In this document: piece after piece, positions 37,577 to 46,368 of the stretch
Layout of the letters: every line of letters begins with the position of its first letter
Numbering within the stretch: the first letter of the stretch is position 1
Assembly: GCA_025455395.1 (NCBI GenBank)
Contig: JALOMO010000022.1
Location: 1-58,478 of the forward strand
Reading direction: 5' to 3'
Source of the DNA: Bacteroidales bacterium
GTDB taxonomy: Bacteria > Bacteroidota > Bacteroidia > Bacteroidales > VadinHA17
DNA length: 58,478 nt
The notes under the pieces: model-generated
The model's database searches: none
Told to the model about the DNA's origin: nothing
Seen by the model: the letters and a program-made list of their open reading frames with translations, nothing else
Position numbers and translations under genes: made by a program

Positions 37577-39421
37577 CTATTGTTTTTTTAGTTCTATAAT
37601 CATTGGCGTGCGGGGAGGTATTTCAACAGACGAGAGATCTTTAATTAAGCTGCCTGTTATTATCTCAGTCCCTGCAGTGTATCCTTTCAGTGACTCTGCA
37701 AAACGAGATGTATCGATTTTTCTCATTTCGTCGCTCCTGTTGATAATGACCATCACGCTCTCTTCGCTGTCATACCTGAAATAGACATAAACGCCATCTG
37801 CAGGCACGTAATGTTTGAGCTTGCCGGTGTGTATCACTCCCTTATCTTTTCTCCAGTTGAGCAGCTTCCTGCTAAATTCAAGAGCCGTCTTCTCGTCAGG
37901 AGTAAGGTTTTCACCGGTAAAAACATTTTTTTTGTCGCCGGGCCAGCCACCTGGAAAGTCCTCCCTGAGGTATCCGTCACCTCTCTTCTTGTCTCCTTCC
38001 ATAATTATCTCGGTGCCGTAGTAGATCTGTGGAATGCCACGGGTGGTGAGGATAAAGCTCAGTCCCATCTTATAATTATCGAGGCTCCTGCCGGTCTCGG
38101 TGAAGAAGCGTGTCATATCATGATTGTCAAGGAATATGACATTTCTGTGTGGTTCGGGATAAAGGAAGTCCTGAGACAACAGGTTGTAAAGATCCGACAT
38201 GCCTTCATTGGCTCCCGGTGATGAGAACGCCCTGTGCGTAGAGAAGCAGAGGGGCAGGTCGGTAAGGGAGGGAAGATTTGATCTGTAACCGTCACTGTTC
38301 TCCTGGTTCAATGCCCAGTATGATGTGTGTGCCGGATCATCATACCAAACCTCGCCCACAATGAAGAAACCCGGGAACTCTTCCGTAACGCGCTTTACCC
38401 ACCTTGACATCATACCAGGTTCGGGGTAGGGATAGGTGTCCATCCTGATGCCGTCGAGACCGGACCAGGCTATCCACCAAAGGCTGTTCTGGGTAAGGTA
38501 ATTCTCAACAAGGGGATTGTCCTGGTTGAGGTCGGGCATGGTCACATCGAACCAGCCTTCTTCCATCAGTCTTCTGTCACTCTCTGCCGCGTAGGGATCC
38601 ATATATGTCGAAGCCTTGTAGTTTGTACGGGTAAACCGGTCAAACTGATGTATCCAGTCCTTCGCCGGCAGGTCATTCATCCACCAGTGTCCCGAGCCGC
38701 AGTGGTTGAATATCATATCCATCACCACCTTCATCCCCTTGTCATGAACCTCTGCCACCAGCTGACGGAATTCCTCGTTGGTGCCATATCGCGGATCGAC
38801 ACGGTAAAAATCGGTCGTTGAGTAGCCATGATATGAGTAGGAGGGCTGATTGTTTTCGAGGAAGGGGTTGAGCCAGATACCGGTCACGCCAAGATTCTTC
38901 AGGTAGTCAAGACTGTTACTGATGCCCTTCAGATCACCTCCATGCAAACCCCCGGGATTGCTCCTGTTGTTGCGCTCTGCCATGCCTTCAACATTGTCAT
39001 TAGAGGGGTCACCGTTCGAAAAGCGGTCAGGCATGAGCAGGTAGATCACGTCGGAACCGTCAAAGCCTCTTGCCGGCCCGGCAGGCTTTTCAAGCAACGG
39101 ATAGTCATGGATAAGACTCACCTTTCCCCAGGTGAATGTGAGTCTCATTGTTCCCGGCAGAGCTTTGGGGCTGATCTCTAAATTCACGAACAGATAGTTG
39201 GGGTTATCTGTTTTTACGACAGTTTTTACCTCAACACCCGGATAATCAGCTCTTACATCAAATGAGCCAATCTGTTTTCCATAAACCATCAGCTGCAGGG
39301 ATGTCTCTTTCATGCCGTTGAACCATGAAGGTGGTTCAATGCGTTCTATTGTCTGTCCCATGCCCTTCGTAAGAGCCATGGTGGCAAGCAGTAACAGTAA
39401 AAGGGATCTTGCTGGTTTCAT
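37577..39421 (-). CDS. GH13 neopullulanase/cyclomaltodextrinase-like enzyme (SusA-like)
   Basis: Signal peptide and N-terminal cyclomaltodextrinase-type domain. GH13 regions VVMDMIFNHCG, LDGIRMDTYPY, FIVGEVW, FLDNHDMTRF. Confidence 0.85.
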   Translation of the reverse strand: MKPARSLLLLLLATMALTKGMGQTIERIEPPSWFNGMKETSLQLMVYGKQIGSFDVRADYPGVEVKTVVKTDNPNYLFVNLEISPKALPGTMRLTFTWGKVSLIHDYPLLEKPAGPARGFDGSDVIYLLMPDRFSNGDPSNDNVEGMAERNNRSNPGGLHGGDLKGISNSLDYLKNLGVTGIWLNPFLENNQPSYSYHGYSTTDFYRVDPRYGTNEEFRQLVAEVHDKGMKVVMDMIFNHCGSGHWWMNDLPAKDWIHQFDRFTRTNYKASTYMDPYAAESDRRLMEEGWFDVTMPDLNQDNPLVENYLTQNSLWWIAWSGLDGIRMDTYPYPEPGMMSRWVKRVTEEFPGFFIVGEVWYDDPAHTSYWALNQENSDGYRSNLPSLTDLPLCFSTHRAFSSPGANEGMSDLYNLLSQDFLYPEPHRNVIFLDNHDMTRFFTETGRSLDNYKMGLSFILTTRGIPQIYYGTEIIMEGDKKRGDGYLREDFPGGWPGDKKNVFTGENLTPDEKTALEFSRKLLNWRKDKGVIHTGKLKHYVPADGVYVYFRYDSEESVMVIINRSDEMRKIDTSRFAESLKGYTAGTEIITGSLIKDLSSVEIPPRTPMIIELKKQ

Positions 39422-41733
39422 TTTTTTCCGAATTTCATTTCTTCTCCTGCTTTCAGGGTGACATTTTCACCATAAACTTCAAGAGGGATATCTGATTGCG
39501 AAAGGTTAACCACATTGATACCTGATCCGTTAACCTCGACTCTCAGAGGGTTATTACGGAACCTGATAATGAATGAGTATGACTTCCATGCAGCGGGTAT
39601 GACCGGGTTGAAGCAGACCCTGTCATTATGTATCCTCATACCGCCGAATCCTTCAACAATAGAGAGCCATGTACCTGCCATGCTGGTTATATGAAGACCA
39701 TCCTTCACCTCCCTGTTATAGTCATCGAGGTCGAGTCTTGCTGTTCGAAGATAGAGTGTATAGGCCCTGTCAGTGTCGTGGAGCCTGGCTGCGATGACTG
39801 AATGAATGCTGGGTGACAGTGAAGACTCATGTACGCAGCGGGATTCATAGAAGTCAAAGTTGCGCCTTATGGTATCCTCGTCAAATTCATCCTCAAAAAA
39901 GTATATTCCCTGAAGCACGTCGGCCTGCTTGATAAAGACTGAACGCAGAATGCGGTCCCATGACCAATGCTGGTTCAGCGGTCGCTCTGCAGGATCAAGG
40001 TCAGCAGTTGTCTGTTGCACCTTGTCCATGAATCCGTCCTGCTGAAGGAATATACCAAGATCTCGGTGGTCAGGAAGATAAATATTCTGCTCTATCTCAA
40101 TCCAGTGGCTGATCTCTTTTTCGGGTCTGAGCCTGGTGCGTGCAAGGATGCCGTTGTATTTAACAGGACTTGAGGTGCGGAGCCCTTCAAGCAAAGATAC
40201 AGTATATCTGAGTGTCCATCTGGCCAGCATGTTTGTGTACCAGTTGTTGTTGACGTTATTCTCATACTCGTTGGGCCCGGTAACGCCGAGGATAACATAT
40301 TTTTTCTTCTCGTCAGACCAGTTGCACCGCTGTGCCCAGAAACGCGAGATAGCGATAAGCACATCCAGACCGTAGCCGGTAAGGTAATCATGGTCGCCTG
40401 AATGCCTGACATAGTTATAGATGGCATAGGCTATGGCACCGTTGCGGTGTATCTCCTCGAATGTTATCTCCCACTCATTATGGCATTCTTCCCCGTTCAT
40501 TGTCACCATCGGGTATAGGGCAGCCCCGCCGCTGAATCCCAGCTTGCCGGCGTTCTCAATTGCTTTCTCAAGATGCTTATACCTGTAGAGCAGCAGGTTG
40601 CGAGCGACATGTGTGTCGGCAGTACTCAGGTAAAAGGGAAAGGCGAACGCCTCGGTATCCCAGTAAGTGCTTCCGCCGTACTTCTCTCCCGTGAAGCCCT
40701 TCGGGCCTATGTTAAGTCTTGGATCTTCGCCGGTATAGGTCTGGTTGAGCTGGAAGATGTTGAACCTGATACCCTGTTGAGCCTCAATATCACCCTTGAT
40801 TACTATGTCACCGTGTTCCCATTTGGCGCTCCATGCCTTTATATGACTCTGAAGCATGGAATCAAATCCTGCCTGTGCCGCTTCACCGGCTGCCCTCATC
40901 GCCTGGTGGCCTATGTTTTCTGCAGAATGATTCATAGAAGAGAGCACCGCAACATATTTTCTTAACTCGAACAGGTCGCCCGGAGAATAATCGCATGTGT
41001 AGGTACAGTGTGCTGTCATCTTTCCTGCTTTTACTGCAGGTGTCACTGCTGCGGCCCATCCGTTGACTGTCAGGGTGTTTTCCATCGCTGTGGCCACAAC
41101 AAAGCCCGTCTTGCGTGTCTGCGCCACCACCACTGCTCTGAGCCCATCGCACAAGCCCATTTCTTTCTCCCAGAACTTCTCGCCGTAGTTTGCATCTTCG
41201 TTATAAACATCACCGTTAAGCCAGGGAGTGATCTGCAGCTGTCCGCTTCCACCGGTAATTGCAACGGAATAGCTAATGGCAGCACGTTCAGGGTCACTCA
41301 TGGAAAGGAACCTACGGGCAGTAACGTTTACTCTTCTTCCTGATGGCATGACGGCAGCAAATGTCCTTGTCAGGAGGCCCTCCCTCATGTCAAGCTCCCT
41401 GCGGAATTCTTTCACCTCGCAACGGGCAAGGTCAAGAGTCTCGCCGTCTATCGTCACCTCAATTCCTGTCCATGACGGGGCATTCGGCACCTTGGCGAAA
41501 TATTCCGGGTATCCGTTCTTCCACCATCCTACGACGGTCTTGTCAGGATAATAGACTCCTGCCACGTATGTGCCCTGCAGTGAATCACCAGTATATGTTT
41601 CCTCAAAGTTGGCGCGCTGCCCCATCATACCGTTTCCGAGGGCAAAGATGCTCTCCGAGTCGCGACCTTTCTCCGGCTCAAATCGTGTCTCGATGATCTT
41701 CCACTCATCGGACTGAAAACGTGAATCGTTCAT
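39418..41733 (-). CDS. GH65 maltose/kojibiose phosphorylase
   Basis: 771 aa. GH65 central catalytic-domain motifs (GFTGEKYGGSTYWDTE, VTGPNEYENNVNNNWYTN). Adjacent to beta-phosphoglucomutase. 4-nt overlap with the next gene. Confidence 0.85.
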   Translation of the reverse strand: MNDSRFQSDEWKIIETRFEPEKGRDSESIFALGNGMMGQRANFEETYTGDSLQGTYVAGVYYPDKTVVGWWKNGYPEYFAKVPNAPSWTGIEVTIDGETLDLARCEVKEFRRELDMREGLLTRTFAAVMPSGRRVNVTARRFLSMSDPERAAISYSVAITGGSGQLQITPWLNGDVYNEDANYGEKFWEKEMGLCDGLRAVVVAQTRKTGFVVATAMENTLTVNGWAAAVTPAVKAGKMTAHCTYTCDYSPGDLFELRKYVAVLSSMNHSAENIGHQAMRAAGEAAQAGFDSMLQSHIKAWSAKWEHGDIVIKGDIEAQQGIRFNIFQLNQTYTGEDPRLNIGPKGFTGEKYGGSTYWDTEAFAFPFYLSTADTHVARNLLLYRYKHLEKAIENAGKLGFSGGAALYPMVTMNGEECHNEWEITFEEIHRNGAIAYAIYNYVRHSGDHDYLTGYGLDVLIAISRFWAQRCNWSDEKKKYVILGVTGPNEYENNVNNNWYTNMLARWTLRYTVSLLEGLRTSSPVKYNGILARTRLRPEKEISHWIEIEQNIYLPDHRDLGIFLQQDGFMDKVQQTTADLDPAERPLNQHWSWDRILRSVFIKQADVLQGIYFFEDEFDEDTIRRNFDFYESRCVHESSLSPSIHSVIAARLHDTDRAYTLYLRTARLDLDDYNREVKDGLHITSMAGTWLSIVEGFGGMRIHNDRVCFNPVIPAAWKSYSFIIRFRNNPLRVEVNGSGINVVNLSQSDIPLEVYGENVTLKAGEEMKFGKK

Positions 41734-41739
41734 TTCACA

Positions 41740-42387
41740 TTAAAGATTTCTTAACTGTTCAACTGTAACATGCCTCATATCAGGGATGACGATGTCTGCT
41801 CTTTTAAGCAACAGGGGGTCTCCCACACCTACACATTTCATTCCACCGGCTATTGCCGCCTCTATACCCGCCCGGGCATCTTCAAAAACAACGCACTGTG
41901 AAGGCGTCAGGTTCATCTCCTCTGCACCTCTGACAAATACCTCAGGGTCAGGCTTTGCTCTGTGTATCTTATTGCCATCGACAATAACATCGAAATAACC
42001 GCGAAGCCTGATTCCGTCAAGTATTGTCCCGGCATTTCTGCTTGCTGAGCCGATAGCGGTGCGGATGCCTTCCTTCCTCAGTTGCTCAAGGAACTCAACA
42101 CTGCCCGGGAGTATCTCCTCAGGGGTCATGTCAGAGATGTACTCTACGTACCACCCGTTTTTCCTATCTGCCAGCTCATGTTTTTTTTCATCGCTTACCT
42201 TCATCCCTCCAACCTTCAGGAGTATCTCCAGGGAGGCCATCCGGCTCACCCCCTTGAGTGCTTCGTTATGTTCTTCACTGAATTCAAAGCCCAGCTCGGC
42301 GGCAAGACGTTTCCAGGCGAGGTAATGGTACTTCGCAGTGTCAACGATCACGCCGTCGAGGTCAAAAATACATCCCCTGAGGTCCAT
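41740..42387 (-). CDS. pgmB: beta-phosphoglucomutase
   Basis: HAD motif I FDLDGVIVDTAKYHYLAWKRLA, then SASRNA and FEDARAGIEAA. 215 aa. Confidence 0.9.
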   Translation of the reverse strand: MDLRGCIFDLDGVIVDTAKYHYLAWKRLAAELGFEFSEEHNEALKGVSRMASLEILLKVGGMKVSDEKKHELADRKNGWYVEYISDMTPEEILPGSVEFLEQLRKEGIRTAIGSASRNAGTILDGIRLRGYFDVIVDGNKIHRAKPDPEVFVRGAEEMNLTPSQCVVFEDARAGIEAAIAGGMKCVGVGDPLLLKRADIVIPDMRHVTVEQLRNL

Positions 42388-42389
42388 TA

Positions 42390-44009
42390 CTATCGTATGT
42401 CATCAACATCATTAACAAATATCACCATCGCTGCTGCTATCATCATTGATACTCCTCCGGCTATAAGAGCATTCATTGTATTACCGGCAAAGAGATGTCT
42501 CACCATGCTGCCCAGGATGCTTGCTGCCAATATCTGCGGTATCACTATGAAGAAGTTGAAGATGCCCATAAATACCCCCATTTTGTTCTGTGGCAGTGAG
42601 CCTGTCAGTATTGCATAGGGCATTGAAAGAATGCTTGCCCATGCCATACCTATCCCGAGCATGGGTAGTATCAGCAGCTCAGGCGAGCCAATGAGACTTA
42701 TTGAGATGAGGCTTATGCCGCCAGCCGCCAGGCTGATAGAGTGTGTTATCTTCCTGCTGGTCGCTTTTGCAAGCACAGGCAGCAGGAATGCCACTACAGC
42801 AGCAAACCCGTTATATACTGCAAAAAGGACACCTACCCAGTTTGCTCCCTTGTTATAGAGCTCGGTGGATGTGTCGCTGGTGCCGTAGACCTGCGAGGTG
42901 ACGGCCGATGTTGTGTAGATCCACATGGCAAAAAGGGCGAACCACGAGAAGAACTGTACCACGGCCAGCTGGCCCATGGTTGGTGGCATATTCCTCAGGT
43001 CGGTGAGTATGGAGTTGAGGCCGTTCTCTTTTTTACCTGCTGACTGTAGGGCCCCTGCCAGCAGCTGGAGTATGCCAAACAGTGTCAGTCCGCCGCCAAG
43101 GATATAGAGCTCCTTTTCAATGTCCATGCGAGATAGCACAAATGTCAGCACACCACCTGCCGCCAGCCAGATCAACCCCGGCCTGTAGAAATTAATATCT
43201 CCCCGAGCTTTGCCCTCTGACTTCGCCGGACGTAGTCCGCTTCGTCGGACGAAGTCCGGAGCCTTGGCGAAGGAGGACTCCCCGCCCCCTGCTCCCTGCC
43301 CCTTGCCCTGCGCTTTATCCTCCGTAGCCTTGGCGAAGGAGGAGCCCTTGTCAAACTCTTCCAGCTCCTCAGGAGAGTATTCCTTGGTGCTGATGATTGT
43401 CCAGAGTACAGCCAGGAAGAAGACACAACCTCCGATATAAAACGCAAGCTTGACATTCATCGGGATGAGTTTACCAGGTGCCGGTTCGGTTGGTACGTTG
43501 AACCAGTTGGTCAGAATGTAGGGCAGGGCAGAGGCGACGACAGCACCTGTGCCTATGAAAAAGCTCTGCATGGCAAATCCCCTGGTGCGTTGTTCAGAAG
43601 AGAGCATGTCACCGACAAATGCTCTGAAGGGTTCCATGGAGACGTTTATAGAGGCATCCATGATCCACAGTGTCCCTGCTGCCACCCACAGTGCCGGTGA
43701 GTTGGGCATAAAGAAGAGTGCCAGTGACGCAAGTATTGCTCCAACAAGAAAATAAGGGCGCCGCCGCCCGAGACGGTTCCATGTCCTGTCGCTCATGTGC
43801 CCGATGATAGGTTGAATTATCAGTCCTGTTACCGGGGCAGCAACCCAGAGGATCGGAATGTCATCGACTTTTGCACCGAGAGTCTCAAAGATGCGGCTCA
43901 CATTTGCATTCTGGAGGGCAAAGCCAAACTGTATGCCCAAGAAGCCGAAGCTCATGTTCCATATCTGCATGAATGAGAGTCTTGGCTTCTGCCTGTAGGT
44001 CATGCTCAT
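42390..44009 (-). CDS. MFS (GPH/SLC45-like) sugar:cation symporter, probable maltose/maltodextrin transporter
   Basis: 12-TM pattern, DRTWNRLGRRRPY loop motif, first gene of the maltose operon. The central loop carries a repeat-derived insertion. Confidence 0.8.
   Translation of the reverse strand: MSMTYRQKPRLSFMQIWNMSFGFLGIQFGFALQNANVSRIFETLGAKVDDIPILWVAAPVTGLIIQPIIGHMSDRTWNRLGRRRPYFLVGAILASLALFFMPNSPALWVAAGTLWIMDASINVSMEPFRAFVGDMLSSEQRTRGFAMQSFFIGTGAVVASALPYILTNWFNVPTEPAPGKLIPMNVKLAFYIGGCVFFLAVLWTIISTKEYSPEELEEFDKGSSFAKATEDKAQGKGQGAGGGESSFAKAPDFVRRSGLRPAKSEGKARGDINFYRPGLIWLAAGGVLTFVLSRMDIEKELYILGGGLTLFGILQLLAGALQSAGKKENGLNSILTDLRNMPPTMGQLAVVQFFSWFALFAMWIYTTSAVTSQVYGTSDTSTELYNKGANWVGVLFAVYNGFAAVVAFLLPVLAKATSRKITHSISLAAGGISLISISLIGSPELLILPMLGIGMAWASILSMPYAILTGSLPQNKMGVFMGIFNFFIVIPQILAASILGSMVRHLFAGNTMNALIAGGVSMMIAAAMVIFVNDVDDIR
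43201..43347. repeat. repeat-family modules embedded in frame in the MFS transporter gene
   Basis: gccttggcgaagg occurs twice (43261, 43327; compare gccttggcgcagg at 44339). Imperfect hairpin ggacgtagtccg-cttcgt-cggacgaagtcc. 43287..43313 is 24/27 identical to intergenic 50116..50142. Confidence 0.8.
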
Positions 44010-44054
44010 AATCTCTTCAGTGTTATTTTATTACCCCTGTTTGTTAATGCTATT

Positions 44055-44062
44055 CAAAATTA
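44055..44062 (-). promoter_or_regulatory. candidate -7 box (TAATTTTG) for the maltose operon
   Basis: Exact TAnnTTTG match, 45 nt upstream of ATG 44009. Confidence 0.3.
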
Positions 44063-44140
44063 GTCTAAAATCCGGTTCCGCAATACCATTTTATTGCATC
44101 TCGGCCTTGATTTTTCGGGCGTTTGCGCCGGATTTGTTAT

Positions 44141-44156
44141 TTCAAACGTTTTCGGC
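44141..44156. promoter_or_regulatory. candidate LacI-family operator (ttCAAACGTTTTcggc)
   Basis: 15/16 identical to the site at 22283..22298. Lies upstream of the MFS-pgmB-GH65-GH13-GH13 operon. Confidence 0.45.
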
Positions 44157-44229
44157 CGGAGGGAATTATTTTATATAGCCCAGCTATTTAGATCAATTCT
44201 AAATAATATATACTGATGCCGGTGGTGGG

Positions 44230-44270
44230 TCTGAAGGTCTCATGTCTGAAGGTCTCATGTCTGAAGGTCT
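44230..44270. repeat. tandem 15-mer (TCTGAAGGTCTCATG) x2.7
   Basis: Direct reading. Two perfect units plus an 11-nt partial unit. Confidence 0.9.
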
Positions 44271-44386
44271 AAAGTCACTACGCTTTACGCTCTTCACCTT
44301 GATCTCCTCGCTCCATGCCCCATGATTTGCCATCCGAGGCCTTGGCGCAGGATGGCTCCTTGCTCCACGCTCCCAGCTCCGGCAGG

Positions 44387-44450
44387 GACAGACCACCCCC
44401 CGTCCCGATGGATCGGGACGTACCCCTCCTGACTCAGGAGGGGAAACTAT
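44387..44450 (+). repeat. double-hairpin core element (variant first hairpin)
   Basis: gacagaccaccccccGTCCCGATggATCGGGACgtaCCCCTCCTgactcAGGAGGGGaaactat. The first stem has a different sequence but still pairs. Confidence 0.9.
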
Positions 44451-44465
44451 ACAACAATTCAATTG

Positions 44466-44524
44466 CACGCACGCCTCACGCCTCATGCTTCACGCCTAGC
44501 TCCATGCTCCATGCTCCATGCCCC
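44466..44524 (+). repeat. degenerate heptad arrays (CACGCCT-type then CTCCATG x3)
   Basis: cacgcacgcctcacgcctcatgcttcacgcctag ctccatg ctccatg ctccatg cccc. Confidence 0.9.
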
Positions 44525-44576
44525 TTGCACCATGAACCTTGTGCAATTTTAATTATGCAGCAACAAATTCATTTAC

Positions 44577-44584
44577 TATATTTG
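44577..44584 (+). promoter_or_regulatory. candidate -7 box (TATATTTG) for fumarate hydratase
   Basis: Exact TAnnTTTG match, 27 nt upstream of ATG 44612. Supports the shorter start. Confidence 0.4.
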
Positions 44585-44611
44585 ATAGACCCTCACTTAA
44601 ACAACTATACT

Positions 44612-46228
44612 ATGGCCGAGTTTATCTATGAAAAACCATTCCAGCATGGGGAAGACCTGACGGAATACCGCAAACTTACCTCTGACCATGTTCAGGTTAC
44701 AGAATGTTGCGGACGACGACTGCTGAAGGTTGACCCTGAAGCACTGCAGCTCCTTGCAGAGCAGGCATTCATCGATGTCAACTTTTACCTGCGCAGTTCA
44801 CACCTTGAAAAGCTCGCACAAATACTTAAGGACCCGGAGGCGACTGACAATGACCGCTTTGTTGCCTGGATCATGCTTCGCAACAGTGTAATCTCCGCGG
44901 AGGGAAAGCTCCCGTGGTGCCAGGACACCGGTACTGCAATAGTGATTGGATACAAGGGTGAAAATGTATGGACAGGCACAGATGATGCAGAACATCTGAG
45001 CAAAGGGATTTTTCAGACCTACGGTGAGAAGAACCTTCGCTACTCCCAGATTGTGCCGTCGACAATGCTCAATGAGAAAAACACCGGCAGCAACCTTCCG
45101 GCACAGATAGATATTACAGCCTGCCAGGGCGATGAATACAAGTTTCTTTTTGTCGCCAAGGGAGGCGGATCAGCCAATAAGACATTCCTCTATCAGCAGT
45201 CGAAGTCGTTGCTGAACGAAGCTTCCCTCACGAAATTCATTCGCGAGAAGATTGAGGACCTTGGTACCTCTGCCTGCCCTCCTTACCATCTTGCAATAGT
45301 GATCGGAGGCACCTCGGCGGAGATGACTCTGAAGACCGTCAAACTGGCATCAGCAGGTTATCTTGACGACCTGCCGACAACAGGGAATATTTCGGGCAGG
45401 GCTTTCCGTGATCTTGACTGGGAAAGGAGGGTGGAGACAATCTGCCATGAATACGGTGTCGGGGCTCAGTTCGGAGGGAAATATTTTGTGCACGACGTCA
45501 GGGTGATACGCCTGCCTCGCCATGCAGCCTCATGCCCTGTCGGGTTTGGTGTCAGCTGCAGCGCTGACAGGAACATAAAAGGCAGGATCACGGCTGAAGG
45601 TATCTTTCTCGAGCAGCTTGAGACCAACCCGGCAAAGTTCATGCCTGATAAGGCCCCAGAACTGGACAAGGCTGTTGAGATTGACCTTGAAAGGCCTATG
45701 AAAGAGATACTTGCCGAGCTGACAAAATACCCTGTTAAGACCAGGCTGAGCCTGAGCGGCACGCTGATTGTTGCCCGCGACATGGCCCATGCGCGGATTA
45801 AGCAGCTTCTCGACGAGGGAAAGCCTATGCCGGAGTACTTCAAAAACCACCCGATTTATTATGCCGGCCCTGCAAAGACACCCCAGGGAATGGCTTCAGG
45901 ATCGTTCGGTCCTACGACGGCAGGACGAATGGACGGGTATGTTGATCTTTTTCAGAGTCTCGGCGGGTCAATGGTAATGCTTGCCAAAGGAAACCGTTCA
46001 CGCCAGGTGATCGAGGCATGTAAAAAGCATGGCGGGTTCTACCTCGGTTCGGTCGGAGGGCCAGCAGCAGTGCTGGCAGCCGAAAATATCCTTTCATCAG
46101 AGGTTGTTGCCTTCGAAGAGATGGGTATGGAGGCCGTCAGAAGGATCGTGGTGAAAAACATGCCGGCATTTATCCTGACCGATGATAAGGGAAATGATTT
46201 TTTTGACCAGTACAATAAAAAACTGTAG
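44612..46228 (+). CDS. fumB: class I (Fe-S) fumarate hydratase
   Basis: [13 protein letters not shown] start. [24 protein letters not shown], and C-terminal beta-domain ([23 protein letters not shown]). The track ORF's 99-codon extension runs through repeat DNA. Confidence 0.9.
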   Translation: MAEFIYEKPFQHGEDLTEYRKLTSDHVQVTECCGRRLLKVDPEALQLLAEQAFIDVNFYLRSSHLEKLAQILKDPEATDNDRFVAWIMLRNSVISAEGKLPWCQDTGTAIVIGYKGENVWTGTDDAEHLSKGIFQTYGEKNLRYSQIVPSTMLNEKNTGSNLPAQIDITACQGDEYKFLFVAKGGGSANKTFLYQQSKSLLNEASLTKFIREKIEDLGTSACPPYHLAIVIGGTSAEMTLKTVKLASAGYLDDLPTTGNISGRAFRDLDWERRVETICHEYGVGAQFGGKYFVHDVRVIRLPRHAASCPVGFGVSCSADRNIKGRITAEGIFLEQLETNPAKFMPDKAPELDKAVEIDLERPMKEILAELTKYPVKTRLSLSGTLIVARDMAHARIKQLLDEGKPMPEYFKNHPIYYAGPAKTPQGMASGSFGPTTAGRMDGYVDLFQSLGGSMVMLAKGNRSRQVIEACKKHGGFYLGSVGGPAAVLAAENILSSEVVAFEEMGMEAVRRIVVKNMPAFILTDDKGNDFFDQYNKKL

Positions 46229-46249
46229 CGACGCGCAACCTGCGCGTCG
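46219..46249 (+). repeat. 31-nt GC hairpin element overlapping the fumB stop codon (candidate terminator/REP-like)
   Basis: aaaactgtagCGACGCGCAaccTGCGCGTCG. 28/31 identical to 48032..48062. Confidence 0.8.
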
Positions 46250-46328
46250 TTACACAGATAATTTTAATAAATTTAATAAAACACCGGGGATCAGATTAAA
46301 ATATTTATTGAAATATAATAAATAATGA

Positions 46329-46336
46329 TATTTTTG
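46329..46336 (+). promoter_or_regulatory. candidate -7 box (TATTTTTG) for asnB
   Basis: Exact TAnnTTTG match, 32 nt upstream of ATG 46369, in an AT-rich spacer. Confidence 0.4.
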
Positions 46337-46368
46337 CACCTTTACAATCATAAATCATTATTTATTAT

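Noticed and set aside
42082-42618. A 178-aa plus-strand ORF spanning the pgmB/MFS junction. Similar plus-strand ORFs lie inside the GH13/GH65 genes (e.g. 36175..36672, 37811..38221, 40573..40965).
   Set aside because: All lie antisense to genes with clear family motifs, lack any motif of their own, and are typical shadow ORFs.
44230-44524. Whether the tandem arrays here and at 1446, 2578, 50091 and 51841 could be CRISPR arrays.
   Set aside because: The periods are 6-15 nt with no unique spacers between units. There are no cas genes in the window. Repeat units are far shorter than CRISPR repeats.
44315-44611. A 99-codon extension of fumarate hydratase. Related repeat-spanning ORFs are 44199..44486 (-) and 49936..50217 (+). 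They translate to similar peptides (e.g. PLLTQEGKL-x-N-x-IA-x-TPHAS).
   Set aside because: The similarity comes from the DNA repeat family, whose hairpins and heptads happen to be stop-free in some frames. A -7 box and a family-typical N-terminus support ATG 44612. There are no start-site signals for the repeat ORFs.
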